A stretch of 29,891 bases of DNA from a virus (taxonomy: Duplodnaviria; Caudoviricetes), in the IMG/VR virus record IMGVR_UViG_3300044272_001923, positions 1 to 29,891 of that record; one strand, 5' to 3'. Position 1 is the first letter of the stretch, and each line of letters opens with the position of its first letter. Positions 1-10,410 of this stretch are shown here, piece after piece. A program made the translations under genes and the position numbers. The notes below the pieces were generated by a model. That model was not told the origin of the DNA. It did not search any database and saw only the letters and a program-made list of their open reading frames with translations.

Positions 1-1
1 A

Positions 2-2068
2 GGAAGCATACAAAATTTAAAAATAGCATTGCCTCCAGCACCAAAAAATATTAATAAAGAAAATAATAAATGGACGGTGCAAGAATATCCAAAAGAGCTT
101 TCAAAATTAAAAACTATATTTGATTGGAAAGATTTACCAGCGGATTTTAAAAATAAATGGCATGTTTATATTGATAGAGAATTCACCAAACGCGATGAAG
201 GCTATTGGTTTTACAACAAAGGTAATCCTACTTATATTACTGGGTCTCATTATATGTACTTGCAATGGACCAAGATTGATGTTGGGAAGCCAGAGTTTAG
301 AGAAGCAAACAGATTATTCTTTATATTTTGGGAAGCTTGCAAAGCAGACAACAGATGTTATGGAATGTGCTACCTCAAAAATAGACGGAGTGGCTTTTCA
401 TTCATGGCATCATCAGAGACTGTCAACCAAGCTACCATCTCTTCAGACTCTAGATATGGTATACTTTCAAAATCAGGTGCTGACGCCAAAAAAATGTTTA
501 CAGACAAAGTTGTGCCAATATCAGTTAACTACCCATTCTTCTTTAAACCAATACAAGATGGAATGGATAGACCAAAAACAGAGCTGGCATATAGAGTTCC
601 CGCAAGTAAATTTACTAGGCGTAAAATAGTTGCAAATGAAAAAACTGAAGAACTGGCTGGTCTTGATACCACAATTGATTGGAAAAATACTGGTGATAAT
701 AGCTACGATGGTGAAAAGCTTGCGTTACTTGTACATGATGAGGCCGGTAAATGGGAAAGACCCGAAAACATTTTAAATAACTGGCGTGTAACTAAAACTA
801 CATTAAGGTTGGGATCTAGAGTTATAGGTAAATGTATGATGGGTTCAACAAGTAATTCACTTGATAAAGGTGGAGAAAACTTTAAAAAACTATATAATGA
901 TTCAGACGTTACAAAAAGAAACCGCAATGGACAGACTCGCTCGGGACTATATAGTTTGTTCATACCTATGGAATGGAACTTCGAAGGATTCATTGATTCT
1001 TTTGGATTACCTGTATTCAATACGCCAGAAAAACCAGTTGAAGACAATTATGGGCAGTACATTGACGTCGGCGTTGTTGAACACTGGGAGAATGAAGTTG
1101 AAGGGTTAAAAGGGGATCAAGACGCACTAAATGAATTTTATAGGCAATTTCCAAGAACTGAAGAACATGCTTTCAGAGATGAAACTCGCAATAGCATATT
1201 TAATCTTGCTAAGATTTACGAACAAATTGACTACAATGAAGAAGCTAGATACGATGCTGTTATCACTCGTGGCAGTTTTCAGTGGCAAAACGGGATCAAA
1301 GATACGGAAGTAACATTTGTACCTAATTTAAATGGCAGATTTAATGTTTCTTGGGTTTTACCTAATAATTTGCAAAACAGAACAGTAATAAAAAATGGAA
1401 TTAAATATCCTGGTAATGATCACATTGGAGCTTTTGGCTGTGATAGTTATGATATATCCGGCACAACAGATGGTAAAGGATCTAAAGGTGCTTTGCATGG
1501 TCTCACTAAATTTAGTATGGAAGAAGCGCCTGCTAATAAGTTTTTTTTAGAATATATAGCTAGACCAGCTACAGCTGAAATGTTTTTTGAAGATGTATTA
1601 ATGGCATTAGTATTTTACGGTATGCCAATACTTGCAGAAAATAACAAACCTAGATTATTATATTATTTAAAACGTAGAGGATATAGAGGTTATTCAATGA
1701 ATAGACCTGATAAGGTTTGGAATAAATTATCTGTAGCAGAAAAAGAAATAGGTGGTATACCAAACTCAAGTGAAGATATTAGACAGGCTCACGCCGCTGC
1801 TATTGAAACTTATATTAATAATTATATTGGCGTTAAACCTACTGGTGATTATGGTGATATGTATTTTAATACTACATTAACAGATTGGGCAAAATTCGAT
1901 ATAAATAAAAGAACAAAATTTGATGCAGCTATTAGTTCAGGTTTAGCTATTATGGCATGTAATAAAAATTTATACGCACCAAAAGCTATGGTCAAATTAC
2001 AAGATAAAGTTAATTTTAGCTTTGCTAAATATAACAATAAAGGAAATTTTTCAAAAATAATACGATAA
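2..2068 (+). CDS. terL: Terminase large subunit (5'-truncated by window edge)
   Basis: Deviant Walker A LKNRRSGFS, Walker B LLVHDEAGKW, coupling motif MGSTSN, RNase H-like nuclease acidic residues (FGCDSYD, LAENNK, FDAAIS). Frame is open from base 2 (GSIQNLKIALP...), so the TTG at 29 is probably not the real start. Directly upstream of a portal-sized gene. Confidence 0.93.
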   Translation, partial: GSIQNLKIALPPAPKNINKENNKWTVQEYPKELSKLKTIFDWKDLPADFKNKWHVYIDREFTKRDEGYWFYNKGNPTYITGSHYMYLQWTKIDVGKPEFREANRLFFIFWEACKADNRCYGMCYLKNRRSGFSFMASSETVNQATISSDSRYGILSKSGADAKKMFTDKVVPISVNYPFFFKPIQDGMDRPKTELAYRVPASKFTRRKIVANEKTEELAGLDTTIDWKNTGDNSYDGEKLALLVHDEAGKWERPENILNNWRVTKTTLRLGSRVIGKCMMGSTSNSLDKGGENFKKLYNDSDVTKRNRNGQTRSGLYSLFIPMEWNFEGFIDSFGLPVFNTPEKPVEDNYGQYIDVGVVEHWENEVEGLKGDQDALNEFYRQFPRTEEHAFRDETRNSIFNLAKIYEQIDYNEEARYDAVITRGSFQWQNGIKDTEVTFVPNLNGRFNVSWVLPNNLQNRTVIKNGIKYPGNDHIGAFGCDSYDISGTTDGKGSKGALHGLTKFSMEEAPANKFFLEYIARPATAEMFFEDVLMALVFYGMPILAENNKPRLLYYLKRRGYRGYSMNRPDKVWNKLSVAEKEIGGIPNSSEDIRQAHAAAIETYINNYIGVKPTGDYGDMYFNTTLTDWAKFDINKRTKFDAAISSGLAIMACNKNLYAPKAMVKLQDKVNFSFAKYNNKGNFSKIIR

Positions 2069-4483
2069 ATGGCACAAACATTTAAACACGGTATTTTTCC
2101 TAGTCAGTCAGTACCTGACGTTGAGAAAGCAGATTCAAAATATGGAATGCAAGTAGCTAAAGCTATAGAGGCTGAGTGGTTTAAAAAAGATTCAGGAAGT
2201 ACCCGTTATTTTGCTAATAGAGATAATTTTCATAGATTAAGATTATACGCTAGAGGTGAACAAAGTATACAAAAATATAAAGATGAATTATCTATTAATG
2301 GTGATTTATCTTATTTAAATTTAGATTGGAAACCAGTACCAATTGTACCTAAGTTTGTAGATATAGTTGTTAACGGTATTTCAAATAGAACTTATGATTT
2401 AAAAGCATATTCAGTTGATCCTGTTGCTACTAAAAGAAGAACAGAATTTGTTGAAAATTTATTAAATGATATGTATGCTTCAGATTTTGCAAATAAAATA
2501 CAGCAAGGTTTAGGAGTAAATACATTTTTTAATGAACAACAAAATATACCTGATGATGAAGAAGAGCTGCAAGTTCATATGCAATTAAGCTATAAACAAA
2601 GTATAGAAATTGCACAAGAACAAGCAATAACTAATGTATTTGATTTAAATAAATATGATTTATTAAAAAGAAGATTAGATTATGATATAGCGGTTGTTGG
2701 TATGGCGTCTGTTAAAAATAGTTTTAATACAGCTGAAGGAATTAAATTAGAATATGTTGATCCTGCAAATTTAGTTTATTCATATTCTGAGTCACCTTAT
2801 TTTGATGATTTATATTATGTTGGTGAAATAAAAACAATAAGTCTTGTTGAACTTAAAAAACAATATCCTTATCTTACAGAAGAAGATATAAAACAAATAG
2901 AGGGTAGAGGTTCAGATACAAGATTACATAATAAATCTTATAGTGCTGAAAGTCAGGATAAAAATTTTGTAAATATATTATATTTTGAATATAAAACATT
3001 TGAAAATCAAGTTTATAAAATTAAAAAAACTTCAACTGGTGCAGAAAAAGCTATAGAAAAAACAGATCAGTTTAATCCTCCTAAAGACGCAAGGTCTAGA
3101 TTTGAAAAAGTAAATAGATCAATAGAGGTTTTATATGAGGGCGCAAAGATAGTTGGGCATGAAAATTTATTAGAATGGAAAAAATGTGTTAACATGACAC
3201 GTCCGAAAGCTGATATAACAAAAGTACAAATGAGTTACAATATAGTAGCTCCTAGAATATATAAAGGAAAGCCCGAATCGTTAGTTAGTAGAATGACTAC
3301 ATTTGCTGACATGATTCAAATAACGCATCTAAAATTACAACAAGTATTATCTAGACTTGTTCCCGATGGGGTATTCTTGGATGCGGACGGCATTGCTGAA
3401 GTGGATTTAGGTAATGGAACAAATTATAATCCGCAAGAAGCATTGAATATGTATTTTCAAACTGGTAGTGTTATTGGTAGATCAATGACACAAGACGGTG
3501 AATTTAATAATGGTAGAGTACCTATTCAAGAATTAAGAGCATCTGGAGGTAATACAAAAATTGCAAGCTTAATTCAGTCTTACAATTATTATTTACAAAT
3601 GATGCGAGATGTAACTGGCCTTAATGAAGCAAGAGACGGTAGTATGCCAGATCAAAAATCATTAGTAGGTTTACAAAAATTAGCAGCAGCTAATAGTAAT
3701 ACAGCCACAAGACATATATTACAAGGAGGATTATATCTTACATTAAAAACTGCAGAAGCAGTTTCACTTAGAATATCAGATGTTTTAGAATTTTCAAATA
3801 CTAAAAGATCTTTTATTCAATCATTAGGAAGATTTAATATTGGTGCAATGGAAGAATTATATAGTCTGCATTTGCATGATTTTGGAATATTTTTAGAGTT
3901 AACGCCTGACGATGAAGAAAAACAATTGCTTGAAAATAATATTCAAATGGCAATTACTCAAAAACAAATTGAACTTGAAGACGCTATTGATGTTCGTGAA
4001 ATTAAAAATTTAAAATTAGCTAATCAATTATTAAAGCTAAGAAGAAAAAGAAAAGAAGAAAGAGATCGAGCTCAGCAACTAGAAAACATTCAAGCACAAT
4101 CACAAGCTAATGCTCAATCAGCACAGGCGTCTGCACAAGCTGACATGCAAAAACAAGCGGCAATTACAGAAAGTAAAGTACAAATTGCTAATGCACAAAG
4201 TAAGTTTGATATACAAAAAATGGAAACTGAAGCAGCTATTAAAAAAGAATTAATGGAATATGAGTTTAAATTAAATATGCAGCTTAAACAAGTTGAATCA
4301 GATGTAATTAAAAATAAAGAAAAGTATAAGGAAGATAGGAAAGATGACAGGACAAAAATACAAGCTAGTCAACAAAGTGAATTAATAGAACAAAGAAAAA
4401 ATAATACACCACCTAAAGATTTTGAATCGGCTGGCTTTGATACCTTAGGTGGATTTGGATTAGAACAATTTGATCCAAGATAA
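2069..4483 (+). CDS. Portal protein
   Basis: 804 aa, abuts terL (TAAATG). N-terminal LNLDWKPVPIVPKFVDIVV, helical core, 'MRDVTGLNEARDG' segment, Gln/Ala-rich C-terminal coiled coil typical of podovirus-type portals. Confidence 0.85.
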   Translation: MAQTFKHGIFPSQSVPDVEKADSKYGMQVAKAIEAEWFKKDSGSTRYFANRDNFHRLRLYARGEQSIQKYKDELSINGDLSYLNLDWKPVPIVPKFVDIVVNGISNRTYDLKAYSVDPVATKRRTEFVENLLNDMYASDFANKIQQGLGVNTFFNEQQNIPDDEEELQVHMQLSYKQSIEIAQEQAITNVFDLNKYDLLKRRLDYDIAVVGMASVKNSFNTAEGIKLEYVDPANLVYSYSESPYFDDLYYVGEIKTISLVELKKQYPYLTEEDIKQIEGRGSDTRLHNKSYSAESQDKNFVNILYFEYKTFENQVYKIKKTSTGAEKAIEKTDQFNPPKDARSRFEKVNRSIEVLYEGAKIVGHENLLEWKKCVNMTRPKADITKVQMSYNIVAPRIYKGKPESLVSRMTTFADMIQITHLKLQQVLSRLVPDGVFLDADGIAEVDLGNGTNYNPQEALNMYFQTGSVIGRSMTQDGEFNNGRVPIQELRASGGNTKIASLIQSYNYYLQMMRDVTGLNEARDGSMPDQKSLVGLQKLAAANSNTATRHILQGGLYLTLKTAEAVSLRISDVLEFSNTKRSFIQSLGRFNIGAMEELYSLHLHDFGIFLELTPDDEEKQLLENNIQMAITQKQIELEDAIDVREIKNLKLANQLLKLRRKRKEERDRAQQLENIQAQSQANAQSAQASAQADMQKQAAITESKVQIANAQSKFDIQKMETEAAIKKELMEYEFKLNMQLKQVESDVIKNKEKYKEDRKDDRTKIQASQQSELIEQRKNNTPPKDFESAGFDTLGGFGLEQFDPR

Positions 4484-4503
4484 CCTTTTAAAAAATAATA
4501 ACT

Positions 4504-4860
4504 ATGGGAATGAGAGGCAAAGACTTTCCGGAAAACGTTGTAGGGTCTGTTTTTACAACCGCAAGTAGCGACGCTATAATTCCACCTACAAATCATATAT
4601 TTGTTGCATTTACTGTTTTAGCAGCAGCAACATTTGATGCTAGTGGTGGCTTAATAGCAGAATCAGCAACTCAGTTTGCTAATACTCAAGACGCAGCTGG
4701 CGATTTAGCCGCAGGATCTGAAACAAATAATGAAGGATCAGGTGGTGTACAAATTACAAATTCTAATGCATCGTTTCCTGCAGGCGTAACTATTCACGGT
4801 AGATATACTGAAATGGACGTTGCAGGTGGAAGCATTATTGCGTATTACGCAAGAAAATAA
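4504..4860 (+). CDS. Small beta-rich putative virion/decoration protein
   Basis: 118 aa, Ala/Gly/Thr-rich, C-terminal FPAGVTIHGRYTEMDVAGGSIIAY; lies within the head module. Function inferred from context only. Confidence 0.5.
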   Translation: MGMRGKDFPENVVGSVFTTASSDAIIPPTNHIFVAFTVLAAATFDASGGLIAESATQFANTQDAAGDLAAGSETNNEGSGGVQITNSNASFPAGVTIHGRYTEMDVAGGSIIAYYARK

Positions 4861-4891
4861 ATAATTTTAAATAATCATATAATATTTTATC

Positions 4892-6154
4892 ATGGCAGAA
4901 GAAGTAAAAGTAACAGCGTTAGACGCTGAGCCAAAAACTATGGCTGAAAAAGAAGAAACGGTAGCAGAGAACGCCGGTATGCCCATTGACAAAGATGGTG
5001 TATACAAATTAGATCTCAATAAGTTTAACGAAGAAAATAAACAAGAAGATGCCGTTCAAGAGCAAAGCACAGATGAGGTTCCTGTACAAGATGCACCCGC
5101 AGATAGCGAAAAAGTGGTCGAAGAAGTACAAGCAGAAACAAAAGAACCTGCCGGAGAGAGCGATGCAGATGTGCAAGAAACACCGATAATAGAGGAAATA
5201 ACCGATGAAACCAATGAAACAAATACAACTGACGAGACAGGAGTGGATGGAAGCGCTGAAGCTGCCGACCCCGCACCGGAACAAGAAGAAGTATTACAGA
5301 AAACAGAAACACAAGAACCAGTAGATCTACCTGAAAATATACAAGACCTTGTAGATTTCATGAATGAGACTGGTGGAACATTAGAAGATTATGTAAAATT
5401 AAATGCAGATTATTCTAATACAGATGACAATACTCTTTTGGTTGAGTATTATAAAAAAACCAAACCACATTTAAGTTATGACGAAATTGCTTTTTTAATG
5501 GAAGATAAATTTTCTATTGATGAAGAATTAGACACAGACAAAGATGTAAAAAGAAAAAAATTAGCTCTTAAGGAGGAGGTTGCAAATGCCAAAAACTTTT
5601 TGACATCGCAAAAGGATCAATATTATAAAGAAGTCAAGTTGGGTTCTAAATTATTACCTGAGCAGCAAAAAGCAATTGATTTTTTCAACCGCTATAATGA
5701 CGAGCAAAAATCAGCTGAAGAATTATTGCAGAAGCAAACATCACATTACAACAGTGAAACTAATAAAGTTTTTAATAGTGAATTTAAAGGTTTTAACTTC
5801 AAAGTAGGGGACAAAAGATACAGGTTCAATGTTAGTGATGTAAATAAAGTAAAAGAAAACCAAAGTGATTTATTAAATGTTTTTAATAAATATGTTACAG
5901 AAGATAAACTTCTTACTAACGCACAGGATTTCCATAAATCTTTATTTGCCGCTTCTAACCCAGACGCTATAGCTAATCATTTTTATGATCAAGGCAAAGC
6001 CGATGCTATAAAACAAATGACTGCAGAAGCTAAGAACATTAACATGGATCCTAGAAAAACTGCAGACGGTGTTGTTGAAGCCGGCGGAGTTAAAGTTAGA
6101 GCATTAACAGGGGATAATAGTTCCAAGCTAAAGTTAAAACTCAAAAACTATTAA
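4892..6154 (+). CDS. Putative capsid scaffolding protein
   Basis: 420 aa, very acidic low-complexity N-terminal third (E/D/T/P-rich), helical C-terminal part; immediately upstream of the major capsid gene. Confidence 0.7.
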   Translation: MAEEVKVTALDAEPKTMAEKEETVAENAGMPIDKDGVYKLDLNKFNEENKQEDAVQEQSTDEVPVQDAPADSEKVVEEVQAETKEPAGESDADVQETPIIEEITDETNETNTTDETGVDGSAEAADPAPEQEEVLQKTETQEPVDLPENIQDLVDFMNETGGTLEDYVKLNADYSNTDDNTLLVEYYKKTKPHLSYDEIAFLMEDKFSIDEELDTDKDVKRKKLALKEEVANAKNFLTSQKDQYYKEVKLGSKLLPEQQKAIDFFNRYNDEQKSAEELLQKQTSHYNSETNKVFNSEFKGFNFKVGDKRYRFNVSDVNKVKENQSDLLNVFNKYVTEDKLLTNAQDFHKSLFAASNPDAIANHFYDQGKADAIKQMTAEAKNINMDPRKTADGVVEAGGVKVRALTGDNSSKLKLKLKNY

Positions 6155-6167
6155 AAATTAATTAAAA

Positions 6168-7610
6168 ATGGCAAATGTATCATTTTCGTTACCTAGTGAA
6201 TTAACTCCTTACGCGAGTAAAGTTGCTAGTTATTCGAATTATTTAAACTTTCACTCTGGAGATGGAACTCCGGTAACTGACTGGGCACAACAGTATTTAC
6301 CTGAGCTTTATAACCAAGAGGTGGAGAGATATGGAAACAGATCTATATCATCGTTTTTAAGAATGGTAGGTGCTGAAATGCCTATGGCATCTGATCAAGT
6401 TATTTGGTCTGAGCAAGGTAGATTACACTTAGCATACGAAGGCGCTGCTGTTACTGACGCAGGTGTTATCACTATCGCAGGTGGTGGTACTCACGCAGTA
6501 AGAGTCGGTCAAACGATTGTATTATCTGATAACCAAGCTTCTCCTACAATTATTAAAGCGTATGTATCTGCAGTTGCGGCTGACAATACTACGTTAACTG
6601 TACTACCTTATGTAGGTGGTGCAACTGTTGGTGCTGTATCTGGATTTGACACAGCAACTGATAGCGGATCAAACACATGTTCGTTCTTCGTTTATGGTTC
6701 TGAATTCAAAAAAGGTGATAGCGCTATGTCTGGTGCTGTTAAACCTGAATTTGAATCTTTCACAAATAAACCAATTATTTTGAAAGACAAATTTGAAGTA
6801 TTCGGTTCTGACGCTGCGCAAATTGGCTGGGTAGAAGTATCTGGTGAAGCTGGGCAAGGTGGTTACTTATGGTATTTAAAAGCTGAAGGTGACACAAGAG
6901 TAAGATTTGAAGATTATTTAGAAACAGCTTTAGTTGAAGCGGTTAAAGGTGATAGTAATACTACAATTGATACTGAAATGGGTGGCTCTAATGGAGACGC
7001 TGTCGGTACAGAAGGTTTATTTTCAGCAATTGAAAATAGAGGTATTGTAGCTACTGGTGCTTATGACGCAATCAATGACGTTATTTCTGACTTTGATTTA
7101 ATTCTTAAAGAATTAGATAAGCAAGGATCAATCGAAGAAAATATGTTATTCTTAGATAGAGATTCAAACTTAAAAGTTGATGATGCTCTTGGTGCGGTTA
7201 ACGCAGCAAATGCAGGTCAATCATCTTTTGGTGTATTTGAAAACTCTGAAGATATGGCGTTAAATTTAGGTTTCAACGGATTTAGAAGAGGTTCTTATGA
7301 CTTCTATAAAACTGACTGGAAATATCTTAACAACAAATCTACAAGAGGATTATTCAATGATATCAAAGGTGTATTAGTACCAGCTGGAACATCTTCAGTA
7401 TACGACCAAATTCTTGGAAACAACATTAGAAGACCTTTCTTACACGTAAGATATAGAGCTTCTGAAGCTGATGACAGAAGAATGAAGTCATGGATTACAG
7501 GTTCTGTTGGTGGAGCTGCTACATCTGGCGATGATAAAATGGAAGTACATTATTTATCAGAAAGATGTTTAGTAACTCAAGCTGCTAACAACTTCGTATT
7601 ATTCAAGTAA
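6168..7610 (+). CDS. Major capsid protein
   Basis: 480 aa after scaffold; WAQQYLPELY...ERYGNRSISSFLRMVGAEMP, FVYGSEFKKG, GTEGLFSAIENRG; codon usage of a highly expressed gene (TTC, AAC, ATC); followed by a strong terminator. Confidence 0.88.
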   Translation: MANVSFSLPSELTPYASKVASYSNYLNFHSGDGTPVTDWAQQYLPELYNQEVERYGNRSISSFLRMVGAEMPMASDQVIWSEQGRLHLAYEGAAVTDAGVITIAGGGTHAVRVGQTIVLSDNQASPTIIKAYVSAVAADNTTLTVLPYVGGATVGAVSGFDTATDSGSNTCSFFVYGSEFKKGDSAMSGAVKPEFESFTNKPIILKDKFEVFGSDAAQIGWVEVSGEAGQGGYLWYLKAEGDTRVRFEDYLETALVEAVKGDSNTTIDTEMGGSNGDAVGTEGLFSAIENRGIVATGAYDAINDVISDFDLILKELDKQGSIEENMLFLDRDSNLKVDDALGAVNAANAGQSSFGVFENSEDMALNLGFNGFRRGSYDFYKTDWKYLNNKSTRGLFNDIKGVLVPAGTSSVYDQILGNNIRRPFLHVRYRASEADDRRMKSWITGSVGGAATSGDDKMEVHYLSERCLVTQAANNFVLFK

Positions 7611-7625
7611 GATTATTTTAAAAGT

Positions 7626-7657
7626 GTTGGGCGCTTCGGCGCTCAGCCCTTTTATTT
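7626..7657 (+). terminator. Rho-independent terminator after the major capsid gene
   Basis: GTTGGGCGC-TTCG-GCGCTCAGC stem (9 bp incl. two G-U pairs) with a cUUCGg tetraloop, followed after two further C's by TTTTATTT. Confidence 0.88.
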
Positions 7658-7679
7658 AACATTTTTATTATATTATATT

Positions 7680-8486
7680 ATGGCAAAAAAACAAAAAGCA
7701 GAGGTGGCTGTTGAGGAACCTGTAGTGGTTGCCCCACCAAAACAAAAAGAAGAGCCCAAGAAAAAAAATACTTGGGAATATAAAGATAGACAATATTATT
7801 TATTAAGTGAAAAAGCACCTGTTGTATTTATTTTAAAATCAAAAGGTATAATGTGGTTTGATGAAAGCGTAGGATATGAAAGAGAAATCAAATATACATT
7901 AAATCAAAAAACACCTTTTGTTGATGAATTTAAAGGTGATTCAAGATTAGATCATATTATTTTTAGAGACGGTGTTTTAAATGTACCAAAAGAAAGAGTT
8001 ATTTTACAACAAATACTTTCAATATATCACCCAGATTTAAATGGATTATATGCAGAAGTTGATAATGAAGCAGCGGCTCAATCAGATTTAGAAGATTTAA
8101 ACTTAGAGTTTGAAGCAATGCAAGCAGCAATGACAATAGATATTGATCATGCAGAAGCAATTGTAAGAACAGAAAGAGGATCTAAAGTATCTAAAATGAG
8201 CTCTCAAGAAATTAAAAGAGATCTATTCTTAATGGCTAAACAACAACCTGAGTTATTTTTAGAATTAGCTAATGATGAAAATATTAGTATTAGAAATTTA
8301 GGTATTAAAGCTGTTGAAATGGGATTAATTATTCTTTCAAGTGATCAAAGAACATTTTTATGGAATAATGGTAGAAAATTATTTACAGTTCCATTTGATG
8401 AAAATCCATATTCAGCTTTAACATCTTGGTTTAAAACTGATGAAGGAGTTGAAGTCTATCAAGTAGTAGAAAAGAAACTTAAATAG
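7680..8486 (+). CDS. Hypothetical protein between head and tail modules
   Basis: 268 aa ORF, Pro/Lys/Glu-rich N-terminal arm then globular region; A-rich leader. Confidence 0.75.
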   Translation: MAKKQKAEVAVEEPVVVAPPKQKEEPKKKNTWEYKDRQYYLLSEKAPVVFILKSKGIMWFDESVGYEREIKYTLNQKTPFVDEFKGDSRLDHIIFRDGVLNVPKERVILQQILSIYHPDLNGLYAEVDNEAAAQSDLEDLNLEFEAMQAAMTIDIDHAEAIVRTERGSKVSKMSSQEIKRDLFLMAKQQPELFLELANDENISIRNLGIKAVEMGLIILSSDQRTFLWNNGRKLFTVPFDENPYSALTSWFKTDEGVEVYQVVEKKLK

Positions 8487-8492
8487 TTTGTT

Positions 8493-8531
8493 TATAGTGG
8501 TTAGGCCGCTATAAGCGGCTTAATCATTATA
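8493..8531 (+). promoter_or_regulatory. Long intergenic RNA hairpin (processing/stability element or atypical terminator)
   Basis: ATAGTGGTTAGGCCGCT-ATA-AGCGGCTTAATCATTAT: 17 consecutive pairs including three G-U wobbles on the + strand; no U-tract follows. Confidence 0.6.
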
Positions 8532-8541
8532 TAAAAATATT

Positions 8542-9255
8542 ATGGCAATATCAGTTGATAAAGTATATAAAACAGTATTATCAATATTAAATAAAGAATC
8601 GAGAGGTTTTTTAACACCGGATGAATTTGAAAGAATAGGTTCACAAGTTCAACTTGATATACTAGATCAAAATTTTCACGATTATAATAAAGCGGTTATA
8701 AAGGCATCTGCAGGTAGAGCTGTAGAAGATTACGGTAATATACCTGAAAAAATTCAACATAAGATTGATCCGTTTTTTGCACAAGCTGATATTACATTAA
8801 CAAATGGTATTGGCACTTTACCTACCGACGTATATAAAACAATTAATATTAGTATAACTAATAAAACTATTCAATTAGAAAAAGTAAATAAAAGTAAATT
8901 ATCATATTTACTATCTTCACCTTTAACAAAACCTACAACATCATTTCCTGTATATTATCAGAGAGCAACAGATATTATTGTTGAACCTGCTTTATCAGAT
9001 GGTAGTTGGACGTTAGGTAATTTACTTATTGAATATATAAAAACACCAGATGACGTAAACTGGAATCATACTGTAAGCGCTTCAACAGGAGCATTAACAG
9101 CTACAGATCCTATGACGGATTTTACATTACACGAGTCGGATAGAGTACAATTAATATTAGGTATATTAAAATATGCTGGATTAGTAATAGAGGACCCTGC
9201 GGTAATACAAGCTGCTAGCGGTGAAGAAACAAAATTAATACAACTAGAACAATAA
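8542..9255 (+). CDS. Putative tail ring/adaptor (tail tubular-like) protein
   Basis: 237 aa; N-terminal helix (VYKTVLSILNKESRGFLTPDEF), beta core, 'IEYIKTP' then C-terminal helix, the layout of short-tail adaptor proteins; first gene of the tail block. Confidence 0.6.
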   Translation: MAISVDKVYKTVLSILNKESRGFLTPDEFERIGSQVQLDILDQNFHDYNKAVIKASAGRAVEDYGNIPEKIQHKIDPFFAQADITLTNGIGTLPTDVYKTINISITNKTIQLEKVNKSKLSYLLSSPLTKPTTSFPVYYQRATDIIVEPALSDGSWTLGNLLIEYIKTPDDVNWNHTVSASTGALTATDPMTDFTLHESDRVQLILGILKYAGLVIEDPAVIQAASGEETKLIQLEQ

Positions 9256-9258
9256 TAA

Positions 9259-10407
9259 ATGGGACTTATAACACAAACACAAGAAGCTTATTACAACAGG
9301 ACCCAAACTTTTACAGGTGATGGTTCAGACAGAACATTTGATTTATTAACTAGTTCATTTACAACATTACCTACTGCTGCATCACAATTTCAAATATCTG
9401 TAAGTGGTAAATTAATAAATACAGCTAATTATAGTTATAGCTCTCCAACAATTACATTTTCAGGCAATACAAATAATACAGACGTATTAGAATCAAATGG
9501 AGCACCCAAAACAGGTTTAAGTATAGTTGTAACTCAAACCGATAAAGCAGAAAAACACGGGCAATACAGATATATATCTTTAACAGATATTATAAATAAT
9601 TATATGATAGCTTTTGTAGGTGAAGGTAAATTAATACCAACATGCAAAAGAACAGATATATTATTTCATGCTAAAAGAGGTATACAAGAATTTAGTTATG
9701 ATATTTCACGAGTTGAAAAAATACAAGAAGTTGAAGTTGGAAATACTTTATCTATTCCTTTCCCTCAAGATTATGTAAATTATGTTCGTTTATCAAGGGT
9801 TGATGATGCCGGTATTGAACACATACTAACGCCAGCAAGATATACATCTAGACCTTCTGAGTCTATATTACAAGACGAAGACGCGGGTTATTTATTTGAT
9901 GCTGATGGTTCAGTGTTAACAGCGCATCCATATACATCAGATAAATTTGCTAATTTTGAGCATGCTAACTTAACTGGTGCGTATAATAACTCTGATTTAA
10001 CTTATGATATTCATAAAGACATTGATAGAATCGGTGAATTTGGAAAAAGATATGGATTAAATCCTGAAATATCTCAAAAAAATGGAGTATTTGTAGTAGA
10101 TGAATTAAATGGTAGCTTTGGATTTAGTAATGACGTATTAAATAAAGTTATTACAATAAAATATATATCTGATGGATTAGGTACTGATGATGAAATGCAA
10201 ATACACAAATTAGCTGAAGATGCAATATATAAATATATAACTCATGCAATAGCAAGCGGCCGAGCAAACTTTCCTGAATATATTATAAATAGATTTAGAA
10301 AAGAAAGAAGAGCTGCAATGAGAAATGCTAAGTTAAGATTATCAAATTTAAAATTAGGTGAGCTTACTCAGGTTATGAGAGGTAAATCTAAACACATTAA
10401 ACACTAG
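9259..10407 (+). CDS. Putative tail ring/adaptor protein with N-terminal beta-sandwich insert
   Basis: 382 aa; 'PFPQDYVNYVRLS' and 'IKYISDG...IHKLAEDAIYKYI' adaptor-like segments; residues ~15-95 form a Thr/Ser-rich insert beginning TFTGDGSDRTFDL. Confidence 0.6.
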   Translation: MGLITQTQEAYYNRTQTFTGDGSDRTFDLLTSSFTTLPTAASQFQISVSGKLINTANYSYSSPTITFSGNTNNTDVLESNGAPKTGLSIVVTQTDKAEKHGQYRYISLTDIINNYMIAFVGEGKLIPTCKRTDILFHAKRGIQEFSYDISRVEKIQEVEVGNTLSIPFPQDYVNYVRLSRVDDAGIEHILTPARYTSRPSESILQDEDAGYLFDADGSVLTAHPYTSDKFANFEHANLTGAYNNSDLTYDIHKDIDRIGEFGKRYGLNPEISQKNGVFVVDELNGSFGFSNDVLNKVITIKYISDGLGTDDEMQIHKLAEDAIYKYITHAIASGRANFPEYIINRFRKERRAAMRNAKLRLSNLKLGELTQVMRGKSKHIKH

Positions 10408-10410
10408 TAA

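Noticed and set aside
120-2037. Alternative-frame and antisense ORFs inside terL
   Set aside because: Fully nested in a conserved gene with no recognisable motifs or supporting signals.
5009-5361. Three overlapping minus-strand ORFs (91, 95, 101 aa)
   Set aside because: Shadow ORFs of the locally GC-richer, acidic low-complexity scaffold N-terminus; no protein-like motifs.
1-7610. Introns or inteins in terminase, portal or capsid genes
   Set aside because: No frame breaks, LAGLIDADG-like motifs or intein-like junctions noticed; sizes are ordinary.
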